A DNA stretch of 64,000 nt from the NCBI RefSeq assembly GCF_009914755.1, contig NC_060926.1. The stretch is one strand, 5' to 3'. Below the pieces are notes generated by a model that saw nothing but the letters and a program-made list of their open reading frames with translations, had not been told where the DNA came from and did not search any database. The translations under genes were made by a program, and so were the position numbers. This document shows, piece after piece, positions 1 through 12,583 of the stretch. The DNA comes from the human T2T-CHM13v2.0 reference genome, Homo sapiens. The number at the start of each line of letters is the position of its first letter. Within the stretch, counting starts at the first letter, position 1.

Positions 1-94
1 TAGGGATGCTCCCATCTCTCCAGCACTGCCTTGCCTCTGCATTTCCCCCTCTTTCTTTCTGCTCACCCATCTCCAGATACAAATCTTTAGACAT

Positions 95-285
95 CTTATT
101 TCACTTCTCTTGGTTATGTATGTAGGAGTGGGATGGCTGAGTCATGCAGTAGGTATATGTTTAACTTTTGAACAAACTCACAAATAGTTTTCCAAAGTAG
201 CTGTCCCATTTTACATCCCTTCCAGCAATCTATGAGAGTACTAGTTGTTCCACCTATTTGCAATACTTGGTATTGTAAATCTTTT
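95..285 (-). mobile_element. Old L1 (L1M) fragment, 3' region
   Basis: 'taggagtgggatggctgagtcatg...ttttccaaagtagctgtcccattttacatcccttccagcaat' resembles the antisense L1 ORF2-end consensus; boundaries approximate. Confidence 0.75.
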
Positions 286-414
286 TAGATGAGGGCTGAG
301 GTCATGTGGGTTATAACAGCAACATTAAAGGGACAGAGTTGGAGGTGACAATACAGTTAGAACAGGTAAATAAAGAAGAATGAGATTGAGATGGGGAATG
401 GACAGTGTTGTTGG

Positions 415-572
415 GATCTCACCTCCATCAATTATCAGCCATGTGACCTTGCACAAGTAACTGAACCTTGCCATGCCTTCATTTTCTCACCTGCAAACAG
501 GGATGTAACATTTACCGCTGCTGAGATTAAATGAGGCAATGGACATAAACATATCTACAGAGTGCCTGGCAT
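415..572 (+). mobile_element. MIR SINE
   Basis: MIR core 'tgtgaccttgcacaagtaactgaacct...cttcattttctcacctgcaaacagggat' and 3' 'gattaaatgag...agtgcctggca'. Confidence 0.8.
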
Positions 573-987
573 CAGGGCTTCCGTTAGTCTTTGCATGAAT
601 TAGGTGAAGGTGTCCCTTTTTTGGGGTTGATACAGCCCTGGACTAGGGTGCTGGGATTGGCCCAAACTGCATAGTTATTCACAGTGATTCTGTTTGGCCC
701 ACAAGTTGTCAACCGAAGCACCCTGAACAGACCGAGTTGAAAGGAAGAGGTGAGCGTATTCATCAGTGTGCCTGCTCTGCCCTCCCCACAGCCCTCCCCT
801 TCTCTCTGGTGACTTCCCCTGTCCTCCACCTTCCCCTGTCCTGCTGCCTTGGGTCTGTGGAAATGTGGGTGCCAATCTCTAGGTCAAATCTACAGGCAGA
901 AACTTCTTTGAAGTTTGGTATCTCTACTGAATCATAAGAAATCCTGCTTAAATAGTCTGGTTCTCAAAATAATTTAAGTGTCGCAGA

Positions 988-1292
988 GGCTGGGTGTGGT
1001 GGCTCATGCCTGTAATCCCAATACTTTGGGAGGCTGGGGCGGGAGGATTGCTTGAGGCCAGGAGTTGGAGACCAGCCTGGGAAAAAGGGAGATCCTATCT
1101 CTACAAAAAATTTAAAATTAGCCTGGTATGGTGGCACACACTTGTGATTTCAGCTACACGGGAGGCTGAGGCAGGAGGATTGCTTAAGTCCAGAAGTTTG
1201 AGGGTGCAGTGAGCTGTGACTGCACCACTGCACTCCAGCCTGAATGAGACACAGCAAGAGACCTGACCCTGTCTCAAAAAAAAAAAAAAAAA
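988..1292 (+). mobile_element. Full-length AluJ-type SINE
   Basis: Dimeric Alu with J-type 'ggaggattgcttgaggccaggagtt', poly(A) tail, TSD agtgtcgcaga (977-987) / agtgtcacaga (1294-1304). Confidence 0.95.
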
Positions 1293-1884
1293 GAGTGTCA
1301 CAGAGATGAGCTCAAGGCAGCAGCATTTATGGTGACTGGATTTGATCTTTATTTGAGGGGAGCCAGAGGGAGGCACAGAACTTTTGGGGGGCCCAGGAGA
1401 TATTGCAGAGTTCACGGTTTACAGCAGGGAGGTGCTGAGGGCCTGGAGACAGGTTCTCAGTACCCTAAGGTGAAGCCTTTGATCAGGAAAACATCTCTTC
1501 CCAAGGCCAAAGTCCTTGGGCTGTCTATGGCACACACATGCGGAAGGCCAGGGCACATTTGCCTCAGCTCAAAACATACAACTCACTACATGAACAGCTC
1601 AACTGAACTAGGCCCTTTGATTTATGTGTTTACATTCCCAAAGGGAAACTTTCTTTACCTGAGGGACTCTTGGCTGGGTTCCTTTCATGATGAGAACAGG
1701 ACATGAAACTTTGTTTATGGAGAGGTAGTACTCCAAGCCGGGGTGGAAGCCGGCCCTTAAAGTTTGGGGCTGGGCAGCCCTGATAACCACCAGGTGGGGA
1801 ATTTTGTCTCTGAGCTTTCTGTCCCTGATGTCTCAGCCTGGGCACCCAGCAGGACTCCCTGGTGTCAGCAACATGAGTGACAGA

Positions 1885-1919
1885 TGAATCATTCATTCCT
1901 GAGGCGCTCAGATGAGTCA
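1885..1919. promoter_or_regulatory. AP-1/TEAD motif cluster (candidate enhancer)
   Basis: TGAATCA 1885-1891, CATTCC 1894-1899, TGAGTCA 1913-1919; motif match only. Confidence 0.4.
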
Positions 1920-2429
1920 CTGGAGAAGCAGTGTCACCTTTCCAAAATTTAACTTTCCAGCAACTTCAGGAATTCAGCAGTCGTGTAGAGAGAGGGATGC
2001 CTGCAGTTCGATTTTTGTCCCTTCCCACCACCCTTTTCACCTGCTTGATGGTGCAGGGTGGGGAGGACGGGCAGGACACTGCAAACAGCTTTTAGCTGGG
2101 TGAAGATGAAGGAGAACTTTCTTGCTTATGGCCACCCAAAATAGATCCAAATGCAGTTCTTTCTCTCCCCAGCAGAAGGGAGTGAGGCTAGACTTTGGGG
2201 AGTACTGATCTGTAGAGGAAGAGCAGTGGAGCGGCTCCCCTCAGTCTTCCAGGCTGAACCTTGTCAGGGTTGAGAAGGTAGGTCAGATGCCGCTGGGGCC
2301 CCACTGGAGAAGGTGACAGCTGGTGGCAGAGGGCCGGGCTACCCAGGGCTGTGTCAGTGCTGGAAGGCCGCCTGGAAGAGGCAGCTGTGGCTTAGGGCTG
2401 GGCAGCGGTCCTGCTGGCACCCCACCCAC

Positions 2430-2830
2430 CCCCGCCTTTCTTCTGCCCCTCCTGGGGTAGTGCCCCGGCTGCTCCGCCGGAGTAGTGATGGCTCTGAAGG
2501 TGAAAGTCACCTTCTGCCGCTCTCCCGACGGCCTGCTGCTGGGGTGGGGAAGCGGGGGACATAAATCCTTCCTCATCCCTGTCCCGTGGCGCTTGCCTGC
2601 GCGGCCGCGGGGAGGAGGCTTCTTGGCTGTAAATCAGGGCCGCCCCCAGCGCCTGCCGGCCCTTCATCACAGTGCTTTACGGTGCTGACACCGGCCAGGA
2701 TTTAGTGGGTCCAGCCAGGCTGAGGCCGCCTCCTCCCCTTGAAATTAAGGCCACCCATAAATCCTGGAGATGCCCATTTGCATATCCATCTGCATACATT
2801 TGCCCCTTAAATTGCCTGCCTTGAAACACC
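2430..2830. promoter_or_regulatory. Small CpG-rich patch with HOX/PBX/octamer motifs (candidate developmental enhancer)
   Basis: About 20 CpGs in ~300 bp incl. GCGGCCGC 2601-2608; GTAAATCA 2629-2636, CATAAATCC twice, TTTACGG, ATTTGCAT 2776-2783. Confidence 0.55.
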
Positions 2831-2874
2831 GCATGGAAGTTGGAGCCACTGGGACTGAGAGTCTCCATTGTCTC

Positions 2875-2972
2875 AGCTCCTGTTGTAGAGGGGAAACTGA
2901 GGCTCAGGAGGGACAGGGACCTGTCCGTGGCACAGTGGAAGGCAGAGGCAGAGTAGGGTTGGACCCAGGAAG
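2875..2972 (-). mobile_element. MIR fragment
   Basis: 'gaggggaaactgaggctcag' antisense MIR core. Confidence 0.7.
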
Positions 2973-5444
2973 GATTTCAATAGATATAGCTGGGTTGATT
3001 TAGATAGAAGTAGAACAGAGAGTCAGAAGTTGAATGCCTGTGGTGAGCAGATTCCGGATTCTCTCCCTGGAAGGCCAGGGCAAGGAGAGAGGACAGTGGG
3101 AGCACCCTGGAGGAGGGCGGCAGTGGGGACGGCCACCGGGAGGCCTGAGGACACCTATCAGGAAGTTTCCACAGAGGGGGAGCATTGGAGGGGAGCCTGC
3201 AAAGGCAGTCCTTGAGGACAGGACTGGCTGACGTGGTCTCACCCAGGCCTCTGTAGGGAAAAGCGGGAAAGGAAAGGAAGATGCCAGAAGCAGGAACACA
3301 CAAGCCAGGGTCCCCTTGGCTCCTTCTGCTTCCTGCTGGTGTCAGTCATGACCAGGACCCTACCTGGACACGAGTGATCTGTCAGAAAGGCCCAGACCTG
3401 GTGGGAGCTTGGCATGGCCAAAGCATTCTCCTCTGTTGAGCCCCCCACCTTACCATTCCGCCTCTGCTGTGCCAGACAGCCACAGTGCACCTGAGAGCAG
3501 TCCATTGCTTCAGGGAGAGCCTCCCTGGGGCCTTTTTTTGACAGACCCTCTCCAAGGGTGAGCACCCACAGAGGCCCTCCCTCATGTCCCCCTTCCACCC
3601 GGGCAGGACCTTAGAGCCAAAGCTCAGGTCTTTCTGGGCCCTAAGCGGGAGGGAGAGCCATGGCACACCCGGGAAGCTTTTGCCTCCCTCGACCCCAGGG
3701 GCCATTCCGTCTTCCAAGCAGAAGTCCTATGGGTGAGACCCCGTGCTCCCAACTGGGTCCAGGGCTGGCCGGTGACCAGGACAAGGAGCTGCTCTGCTCC
3801 AGGAGGTCACCCCTGGGTCTGCACGAATGCTCCCTCCTTCACCCGTGGGGTGCGTGCATCATGGGTTTCTGATGGACTCAAACATGCCCTCTCATCTGTG
3901 TTGCAATAGTCTGGGGAGAGAGGCTTTGGGGGAACCTGATGCTCTTTCTGAGACCCAGAGTTCTGGCAGGGTTTGGGGATGGGCTCTTCCCTGAACCAGG
4001 CCAACCCATTGTGGCAGCCAGGCCTGGGGACCCCCTTCTTCCGTCTCCCAGATGGGACCCAGAGGATCAGCAGTATACGGGTAGAGCTCCAGTCTGGCCC
4101 CAGGGGCAGAGGACCCCTCTCAAAGTCTCCTTTTCCTGCCCCCGCCCCCCTCCCCATTCCACCCCATCCCATCCCACAGCCTGAGGCTGGTGGGCAAATC
4201 CCAGCCAGGGCTGACAGGGGTAAGGGATCCTGGCAGGCTGAGCCCTGACAACAATGTCTCTGCTCTGGGCCTCCTCTGACCTCTCCAGGGCTCTGTCCTT
4301 GCAGCCTGGGTGAGACTAGGTGTCCCCAGGATAGGGCTGCATGTTCTGACCACTCCAGCTCAGGGAGTGGCTGCTGGTGGGGACAGGCCAGGAGAGAGGA
4401 TGGGAGCCAGGATGGTAAGAAGGTTAAAAGGCAGCTAGGCGGCTGTCTCAGAGCATGGGCATCATGGAATGATGGGACAAGAGTGGGAGCCCACCCCACA
4501 GCAAGCCCTGGCTGGGTGCACAGGGAGATGTCTGCAGGAGGGGCTGGACCTGCCCCCAGCTGATCCCAGCCCTCCTCTCCTTTCCCCTGGGAAGCCTCAG
4601 TTGCTGCTTTCCCCTTGTTCCCTCCATCCCTAGCTCCCACCCCTCCCCTCCACAGAGGCCCCACAGTGGATATGTTTTCTCTTCTCTGGGAAAATGGTCT
4701 CTCCTGGTATTGGGAGAGGAAGGCCCTTCCCTCTATCTCCCTGCCTTCAGGGCAAAGCAGCCAGATGAAGCGGATAGAGGGGATGCCAAGACACTGAGAG
4801 CATCTCAGGGAGGAAAGAGGGTAGCAACAGTGACACCACATTCTCCGTCTGTGCACTCCCTGAATAACTACTATGATGACTACTAAAGGATGGGATATGG
4901 CCCCCTGTTAGCTTGGGGATAGTGGGGATCACAGAGGCAGGGGAATGGCCCAGAAGACCTCCCCAAGCCTCCCTGACTAGCGTTTGCTGGGATTCTTAGA
5001 AAGCATGCACAGACTTTGTGGCGGCGCAGCAGCGGGCCTGGGCAGAAGGGCCCCCCATCTGGAAGCCTTTAAAGTCTCCCTCCCCCTCTTCTCCAAATAG
5101 CTTGTTCCCAGAAAACAGGAGGAGAAGTTACCCAACAACATGCTGGAGCTTCCTGTGGGGCTGGCGGCCCCCTCCCTGGCCTCTGTTGTAGCACACCAGG
5201 CCCGCACCAGCAACTCAAGCACTAGCTCAGGAAGGCTCTGCCAGTTATATATTGCAGAGCTGACGTCCCTCCCCTCCTCCAGGATCTGGGATTACAGCTC
5301 ACCTCCCCCAGGAAGCCCCCAGAATTGCCTCTCTGCTCTCTGGTACCTGCTGCCAGATCTTTTGAAAAGACACACCTTGCTTTTGTGGACTCCTTCCATC
5401 CTGTTCCACAAACGGTAGTCAGTCTGTTTGTCGTAATGAGCCCC

Positions 5445-5550
5445 CCTTCCTATTTTACGTCATGGGAAACTGAGGCCCGGGGCAGCCAAATGACTTGCCC
5501 AAAAATAAACAGAGCCAGACATAGACTCTGGCTCTCCTCCCCAGTCCAGG
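5445..5550 (-). mobile_element. MIR fragment
   Basis: 'attttacgtcatgggaaactgaggccc...tgacttgcccaa'. Confidence 0.75.
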
Positions 5551-5933
5551 GGTCAGTCACACCATGTCCATTTGGCTGTGCCTATCTCCCCAGGTTGGCA
5601 GGCCTAAAGAGAGCACCCCAGTTCTGATTGCTGACATGACATTGGGTTTGGCAGAGCTGAGGTGCTGTTCAGGCATAGAAGCTGGCAGGGACTGAGGGGC
5701 AGAGACCTTGGTGAGATGGGTAGGATCCTGGCCAAGCAGGACTGAGGACCACCAATGCTGCGCCCTCCTCGGAAGACCTCGCTGCCTGGCCTGCATGCTG
5801 ATTGTCTGGGCTCCTGCCCTGCCCTGCCCCCCTGGCATCCGAAGGCACTTGATTTGGACAGCTTGGCAAGAAAAATTTCCAAATTTCCAACCCCATGGGT
5901 AATAGCAAAAGAGGTTTTAAAACTTTTAGGTAA

Positions 5934-6260
<327 letters not shown>

Positions 6261-6499
6261 AAGAGTTCAGTTTTAGATGGCAGCCTGGCCCCTGCAAGAG
6301 CTGACGGTCAATGCAGTCACTGCGCTGTAGGTCTCAGTTTCCTTAGCTTTAAAATGGCGGTAAGAGAACAGAGGCTTCATGGGGAAGATGGAAATGGGCT
6401 TTGAAGGATGGGAAGGAAGAGGAAGGAGCACCTTCCAGAGCAAAGCAGAAGCAAAGATTCAGAGGGGAGAGTGGACGGCGACTGTTTTCAGGTATGAAG

Positions 6500-6675
6500 G
6501 AGGCTAGGCTCTGTCACTCTCCCCAGCAGCGCGACCTGGAACAACTTAACTTGTCTGTGCCTCAGTTTCTCATCTGCGTAGTGGGGATTGTAACAGCACT
6601 ATGCCGCCCTGGTTAAGTGACATCATGTTTGTAAAATTCTAGGCAAATGCCTGACGCATAGTGAGTGCCTCATGA
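6500..6675 (+). mobile_element. MIR SINE
   Basis: 'acttaacttgtctgtgcctcagtttctcatctg...atgcctgacgcatagtgagtgcctca'. Confidence 0.8.
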
Positions 6676-9419
6676 CAGGTTTGTGTAGTATTTATTCACT
6701 TATTCATTTATTTAATAACAGCCTTTGGCTATTCATTTTAATTCCCTTGAGCAACACAAGATGGCGTTCGCTCAAGCATGCGACTCCCAGACGCTCATCC
6801 AGAGGTCTTCAGGGAGGGAGATCCCTGGGACTTGCAAACTCCAGCTCCTCACACAAGATGCTGTTGGTGTCTGCAAGGCTCCCCTGATACCTTGAATTCT
6901 TCTCAGGTGGTGGGGGAGGTTTTCTCTTCCTCTGGGGCAAAGAGGGATGCAGGCAGGGGTGGGAATTCAGCTCCAGGGCAGAGGGTGTCCATCTCTAAGT
7001 CCTGCCTCAGTCCCAGCTTCCTAGCCCCCTGTGTCCATGACCACAGCCTGGTAGAGAAGGGGTCCCATAGGAGGCCAATCTCTCTGGCCACCCCAGCCTG
7101 TCCCAGGGACCAGAGACCCCACAAGTCTTTGATGCTGGGGGCAGTCTGAGGAGAAAAGGGTGAGGTGGTGGAGAGGGGGCATGCGTGGCCAAGGATTGCA
7201 GCTCCAAGTGAGAAATAAGCAGGAGCAGATGGAGCCCAGAGCACAAAGTTCCTGTTTTCACGCAAATGTCTGGGACAATAAAAGTCAGGGGGGAAGACGG
7301 GGGTGGGGTTGGAGGGGAGCATAGAACCAGGGGTGGGGGTGCAGAAAGAAGATGCCATGTCAGCAGAATTAGCTCTTATTAAAATAGTTTCCGTCGAATT
7401 GGTTGGGGATGGGGGTGGACTTTCCAGCCCCCTGCCCAGAGCCCTTGGCTGGCCTGCTAGGGACTGGCCCAGCCTGAGAAGGACGGGGAGGGCTCTGGGC
7501 CTGTGCCTGCTGGGGACGACCAGACAGCGAGTGCTCCTCAGAGCTGATTGCATTTCCTGGCCTTTGATGCCCAAGATCAAAGCAGGGCCAGGCCATCCTG
7601 GCCTCCAGGCCTCCTGGCAGCCTCTCTGCCTGCAGGGTCCAGGCTGTGTGGTCATGGTGGCTGGAGAGGGCAAGGCAGCCTGGCATCCCTGGTAGGCCCA
7701 GAGCAAGAGCAAGCTAGAGGACCAGGATGTGGGCTGCGGGGGGCTGCAGCCGTGGATATAGCCCATATCTGCTGTCCACGCATGCCTGTGCTTATCATGC
7801 TGGTTCTGTGTCCTCAGATGAGATGTTAAACGTGGAGGTCACTAATGCCCAGGTCGTGGGAACTTGGGAGTTGGGTTCCATATGGCCCAGATCAACTGTT
7901 ACATGAGCCATGCCTTGGATCCTGCAGCCTGTGGAGATGGCTGGGGGGTCCATCTTGCTATAGCAAGAAAGAGCTGTAACACTGCTGTGCAAGCTGGCCT
8001 TTCATGGGATCCTGGCTGGGAGGGCTTCAGGGGTGGTTTGGACAAGGGTCTCCATACACAGACCTTCCTCCCAAGGGTCCCCTAGCTCCCCTTGCTGGCC
8101 CAAAGGGCTCCATCCTGGGGCATTTCTAGTACCTTCCTTTTATTTGCACCAGCCTGGGCCCCCTTTGGGGAACTAGCCCTGGGGGTTGCTCAATGATGAG
8201 AGGACAGCTGCTTAGGGTCCTGCTCCTAGTGTACAGGGAGGCAGATAAGCCCCTCTTGATGCACTGCAGCGATCTGCAGGAGTTGGTCCCCAACTCCCGG
8301 GCAGGTTTCCTGGACGTCTTTGCCTGTTATGCCCTTGTGAGGGCTTCAGGTTCAGACGGCTGCCTCAGCTCAGGCCAGACTCCTTGCCTGGCTTCTTCCA
8401 CCCAGGTGTCCATCGGGTGGTGCTGACTCAGTTTCCCTTTGATGTGAAGCATGCAAGGGGATACCAGGCAGAGGCTAGCCTGGGGTAGGAGTTGGGCAGT
8501 GTGGAGGCTGTGTAAAAAATGCTGGGGAGGCAGAGGCTTCTACAATCACATACCTGCAGGGCCTGGGGGCAGGGTCCTCCCCGTGCAGTGGCGTTGGTGT
8601 TCCTGCAGGCCTGCGTGTTGCAGCGGGGCCCTGGCGGCTCCAGTGCCCACCCATGTGGAGAGGATTAGGGCCTGGAAAGATACATTTTCCCCTCTTCCTT
8701 CTTGGAAAGAGGATCAAGGGGACCTGGTGACAGCCCAGAGATTCTGGGCGTGTGAACAGCCCCACTTCCGTCCATTTCCCAGGCAGCCTGAGAGATGCAC
8801 ACCATCTGCCCCAGTGCCGAGCCTGGAGCCCCCAGCCCACCCAGAAAAGGAGGCACCAGTCGCCTGCTCTTCCATCCTTGGAGGCCCTGCCCTAAAGGGG
8901 GAGCAGAGAAAGTGGACTGGGGGCTTCGTGGAAATAAGGCAGCCGCTGGTGATTGATACCTCCTGGGTTATCTGGAGTGGTTACTCTTAACTCACTGGTT
9001 GTTCTTGTATTCTCAGGATGTAATTACATTGTGACTTCCTGGGATAGGAGCCCTGATCGCACCCCTACAAGGTTTCTATAGTCTGGGCTTGGTCTTCAGC
9101 CAGCCCCTGCCACTGATTTCTTGGGACCTCTGTTGGGCCTTCCAGAGTTTGAGGCTGAGCACAGAAATAACTGTTTCAGTCTGAGCCATGCCCTTGTGAG
9201 CAGGAGTAGCAGTGAAGTGGGTGGGAGCATGGTTTAGGTGGCTAGGAAAGACCCAGGGCTCAGGCACCAAGCAGAATTAGGACTGGGGCAGGGATTTTTA
9301 ACCTGGGAATACGTGCATGGCTAGCCCCTTCCCCACTGCCAGACCTTATTCTCCCTGCTCTGTGTGATGTGTGTGTGAGTTTGCTTGGGCACACACGCAA
9401 GAATGAAATGACACTGGTC

Positions 9420-9528
9420 ATCTTCCCCTCCCCTTGCCTCTCTTCTCCTGTCATCTCCTTCTCCACTCCTGTCCTCTTAGCTCTCTCCTTCTCTCTCTCC
9501 CTTCCTTCTCTTCCTTCCTCTCTCTCTC
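9420..9528 (+). repeat. Polypyrimidine (CT-rich) low-complexity tract
   Basis: ~110 nt almost entirely C/T. Confidence 0.85.
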
Positions 9529-10014
9529 GGATACCTCGGACTGGGTGGTGATATATCTCAATTGCCTATGCCATGCCTATGAATAAGGGGCTAGAAACTG
9601 CCGTGCTCGGTTCCCAAGCTTGAGGGAAGGTTGTTTCTTCTCCCTCTCTTCCGAGTCCTCAGCATAGCTGAGTGTGGTGGTACACGGGTCTTGTGGGAGG
9701 AGGGGATGTGTCATTGGCCAAGAGTGGGGATTGGAGAACAACTCTGAACTTGGTTTTCATGCTGTTCCTCCAACAGGAACCCTCTTTAGATGTGACTTAG
9801 TGTGACCAAAGCCATTCTGCTACCCACCCAACAGGATCCCATTCCTGAGCCATGTAAGCCAGGGCCTTGCCACAGGGTTGCTCAGAGGTAGAACGGGGTG
9901 GAGGGAAGTGGCTGAGACCTGACCCATGCTAAGACCTTGTGCCTGGCCCCTTCAGCTGACCCTTCCTGAGATTCCTTGTGTTTGAGTGTGTACACACTTG
10001 CATGTTTTCCTGTC

Positions 10015-10137
10015 TGCACACGAGTCAGCCTGCATGGGCAATTGTGTGTATGTATATACATCCATGCACATGAGTCAGTATAGGGAAAATGTGCTGTGCA
10101 TACACATACGCACTGTACATGTATGCACGTGAGTCAG
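10015..10137 (+). repeat. Three spaced copies of TGCACRYGAGTCAG (E-box/AP-1 composite)
   Basis: Copies at 10015-10028, 10065-10078, 10124-10137. Confidence 0.8.
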
Positions 10138-11949
10138 TGTGGGGATTACGTGCTTGCGTATGTGGGCTCACAAATGGAAGGCTTGGCTGGGAAACCCAAG
10201 TCTCCCTGTCCCAGGCCTCAACCCTTGCTCCCTGGGGCCCTGATGGAGGAGAACAGAGAGTCCCCAACTCTCGCTATCTGGGACAGCGGCTTCTGTTGGA
10301 TTCCCCCCCACCCCTTTCTTTCTTGACACAAATAGCCTGTGGAACAAAGGGAACTGGGGATTTGGATTATTTACACAGTCAACATTAAGCAAGTTGTGGT
10401 CTATTTAAATTCTTCTTTATTAGGCTGGGAAATTCCATGGCAAACACTCAGACAGTAAGGAAACCTCCAACGCAGCAGCTCCCAGCTCCTGCCATTGCTG
10501 TGGTTCCCCATCTCCTCTCCCCTGCTCCCACCTCTCTGACCCCTGCTTCCTCCATTCAAGCTCCCTGATATCATGCCAACCCCCTCCACCTGACACAAGC
10601 CCTCCAGATTCCCCCTCCATGCCTCCCATCCATTGGCCCAAATTTCCTTTCTTCCATCTCCCTTCCCTCTGCCTCCATTTCTCAAACCTCCACCCCTGCC
10701 TCCCACCTTGCTTCTTCTTCCTAGACTTGGGAGGGACAGCTGGAAGCCCAGCCCCACACCCAGCATCCAGTCTACAGGCACAGTGTGCAGAGAGAGGGAA
10801 AAAAAGCAAGGCCCGTGAAAGCATGGGAGGAGGCAGGTGGTGGCCATCCCAGTGCAATTCATCAATGTGCCTGGGAGGCTGAGCCTCTCTGCAGCTGACT
10901 CTGTGAGACAGTTTGAGTGGGGAAAGAAAGGGTCCTATCTACAGGTAGAGCCACAGGGGTGCTCCATGTCTCCGGTAAATTCAACATAGTGACAGAGTGA
11001 GACAAGTCGAGGGATCTGATGCTTATGCTAAAGACAGGGGCCTCTGCTGTCACCCAGGCTGACACTCAGGAGCTCTGTGATCTGGGGCTACAGCAGATGA
11101 TTTGTCTGGGCCAGAGTGAAGGAGACGCCAAGCATTAGGTTTCAGGGCAGTGAGAAGTCCTGGGTGGAGGTGAGGGGGAAGTTGGGCAGAAGAATGGGAG
11201 GCCCCTGAGGCTGCAGGGCCAGAGTGGGGAGGGGCAAGCCACTTGGGAAGGGGTCTGCTGGGTAACCTGGTCCTGAGGTAGCTGCAGCCATGTTAGCTGT
11301 GTTCTTCAAGACTTTTTCTATGAGGCCTTAGAACCCAGGCCTGGGACTCGAGTCTGGAGGATTCAAGGAGGCTGATGCTCCCCCGTATAGGGCAGGGAAT
11401 CACTTCTGCTCCTTCAAAGCTGTCAAAAAGTGGCTTCTGGATGTCTCCAGAGGCAGAGGTTTGCACCACTGAAATGCCCCAGCAGAAGCTGGGCCTTCCC
11501 AGAGGGGCTCCTGGTGCGGGTGCAAGGGGCCCTTCAGATCCCTCCCCATGGAGCCAGGCAGGCCTGGGGCAGAGGAGGCGCTGAGCATGGGGAAGCTCAG
11601 AGGACTGCGAACTTCCTTCAGAGGGGACCCCCTCCGGACCAAGGGTCTACAGGGTTGGTCTCTTCTCCCTTGGGAAGGGCTCTCCATCATGTCCCTGGGG
11701 ATGGGCCATACCCTTTCTTTAGCCCTGAGGGCTTTTCCAGAGGAAGACATCATCAGGGGCAGAAGGGAAGCTTGAAAAAAGATGAGAGAAGGGGGTGCTG
11801 GGAAGGTGGGGGGTGGGAGAGTATGGATTGAGAACCAACAGAGAGCATCCAGTGGACAGCCCAGCCTCCCATTCTTGAGCAGGGGCCCCTCTGCAAGCCC
11901 TCAGCTCCAGAGTGCTCTCCTGTCACTGTACTCACCTCTTTTGAAATAG

Positions 11950-12075
11950 CTCTTTTCTTGTTTTTCTCTGCAACTAGACTGTGAGCCTCCTGAGAGTAGA
12001 GAATACAAAGAATTTGCTTTGTAACCCAGTGCCCGGAGTGTGGGTAACAGCAGGAGCTTGTTCAGTGCTAAATGA
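11950..12075 (+). mobile_element. L2 3' end fragment
   Basis: 'actagactgtgagcctcctgagagtagag...tttgtaacccagtgcc' typical L2 tail. Confidence 0.7.
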
Positions 12076-12195
12076 GCTCAACAGAACTGCATTTTCAGGG
12101 GTGCTGGCTGAGCCCAACCCTCACCTTTCTCCCGTAAGCTCAGCTGTTACTTGCATGCCAGGCACTAGTCTTGGTTTTTCTGAAGCCACAGTTTG

Positions 12196-12583
12196 CATGA
12201 CAGGGTGGACAGACCCTGGAAAGCCAGAAAGTGATGCTCTCTGCTTTGGGAGTCTGTCCTGAGCCCTTCCCTGGTCTCGGCCTGCTCTGCCCTTGTCTGG
12301 TGACCAGTGGCACATGTGCCAAGGTCTGGGCCTCTATCACCCACTCTGAAGGGGACACATTTGAGAAGCTGAACAGATTCTGCTTGGTGGGCAGTGACTA
12401 AGTCTTGAGCTGCCCCAGACAAGCTGGGGGACATCTGCCCCACCCCAGGAGAAAAACTCCTGAGGCTGTGCCCTCCAGGAGGAACCCCCTGGGTGTAAGG
12501 GTATTTGTGGCAGCCCAGGGGACTGGGGTGAGAAGCAGGTGGCAAGGCCAGGCAGCTGGTTCACACCTGTGGCAGGAAGTCAC
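12196..12583 (+). repeat. Long inverted repeat, left arm (not recognised as a transposon)
   Basis: Reverse complement of 13092-13471 aligns end to end; by-hand count ~50 substitutions plus a 7-nt and a few 1-nt indels (~85%). Confidence 0.97.

Noticed and set aside
994-1415. ORFs resembling database 'hypothetical proteins' (also 6110-6304)
   Set aside because: Translations of Alu sequence
3807-4856. 349-aa ORF on - strand
   Set aside because: No recognisable domain; G/P/W/R-rich composition typical of chance ORFs in GC-rich DNA; non-ATG start
6351-6766. Two YY1-like motifs (AAAATGGCGG 6351-6360, CAAGATGGCG 6757-6766)
   Set aside because: First lies in a MIR-like remnant; no promoter context; could be chance
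6903-7766. 287-aa ORF on - strand
   Set aside because: No recognisable homology; low-information P/S/L/G composition
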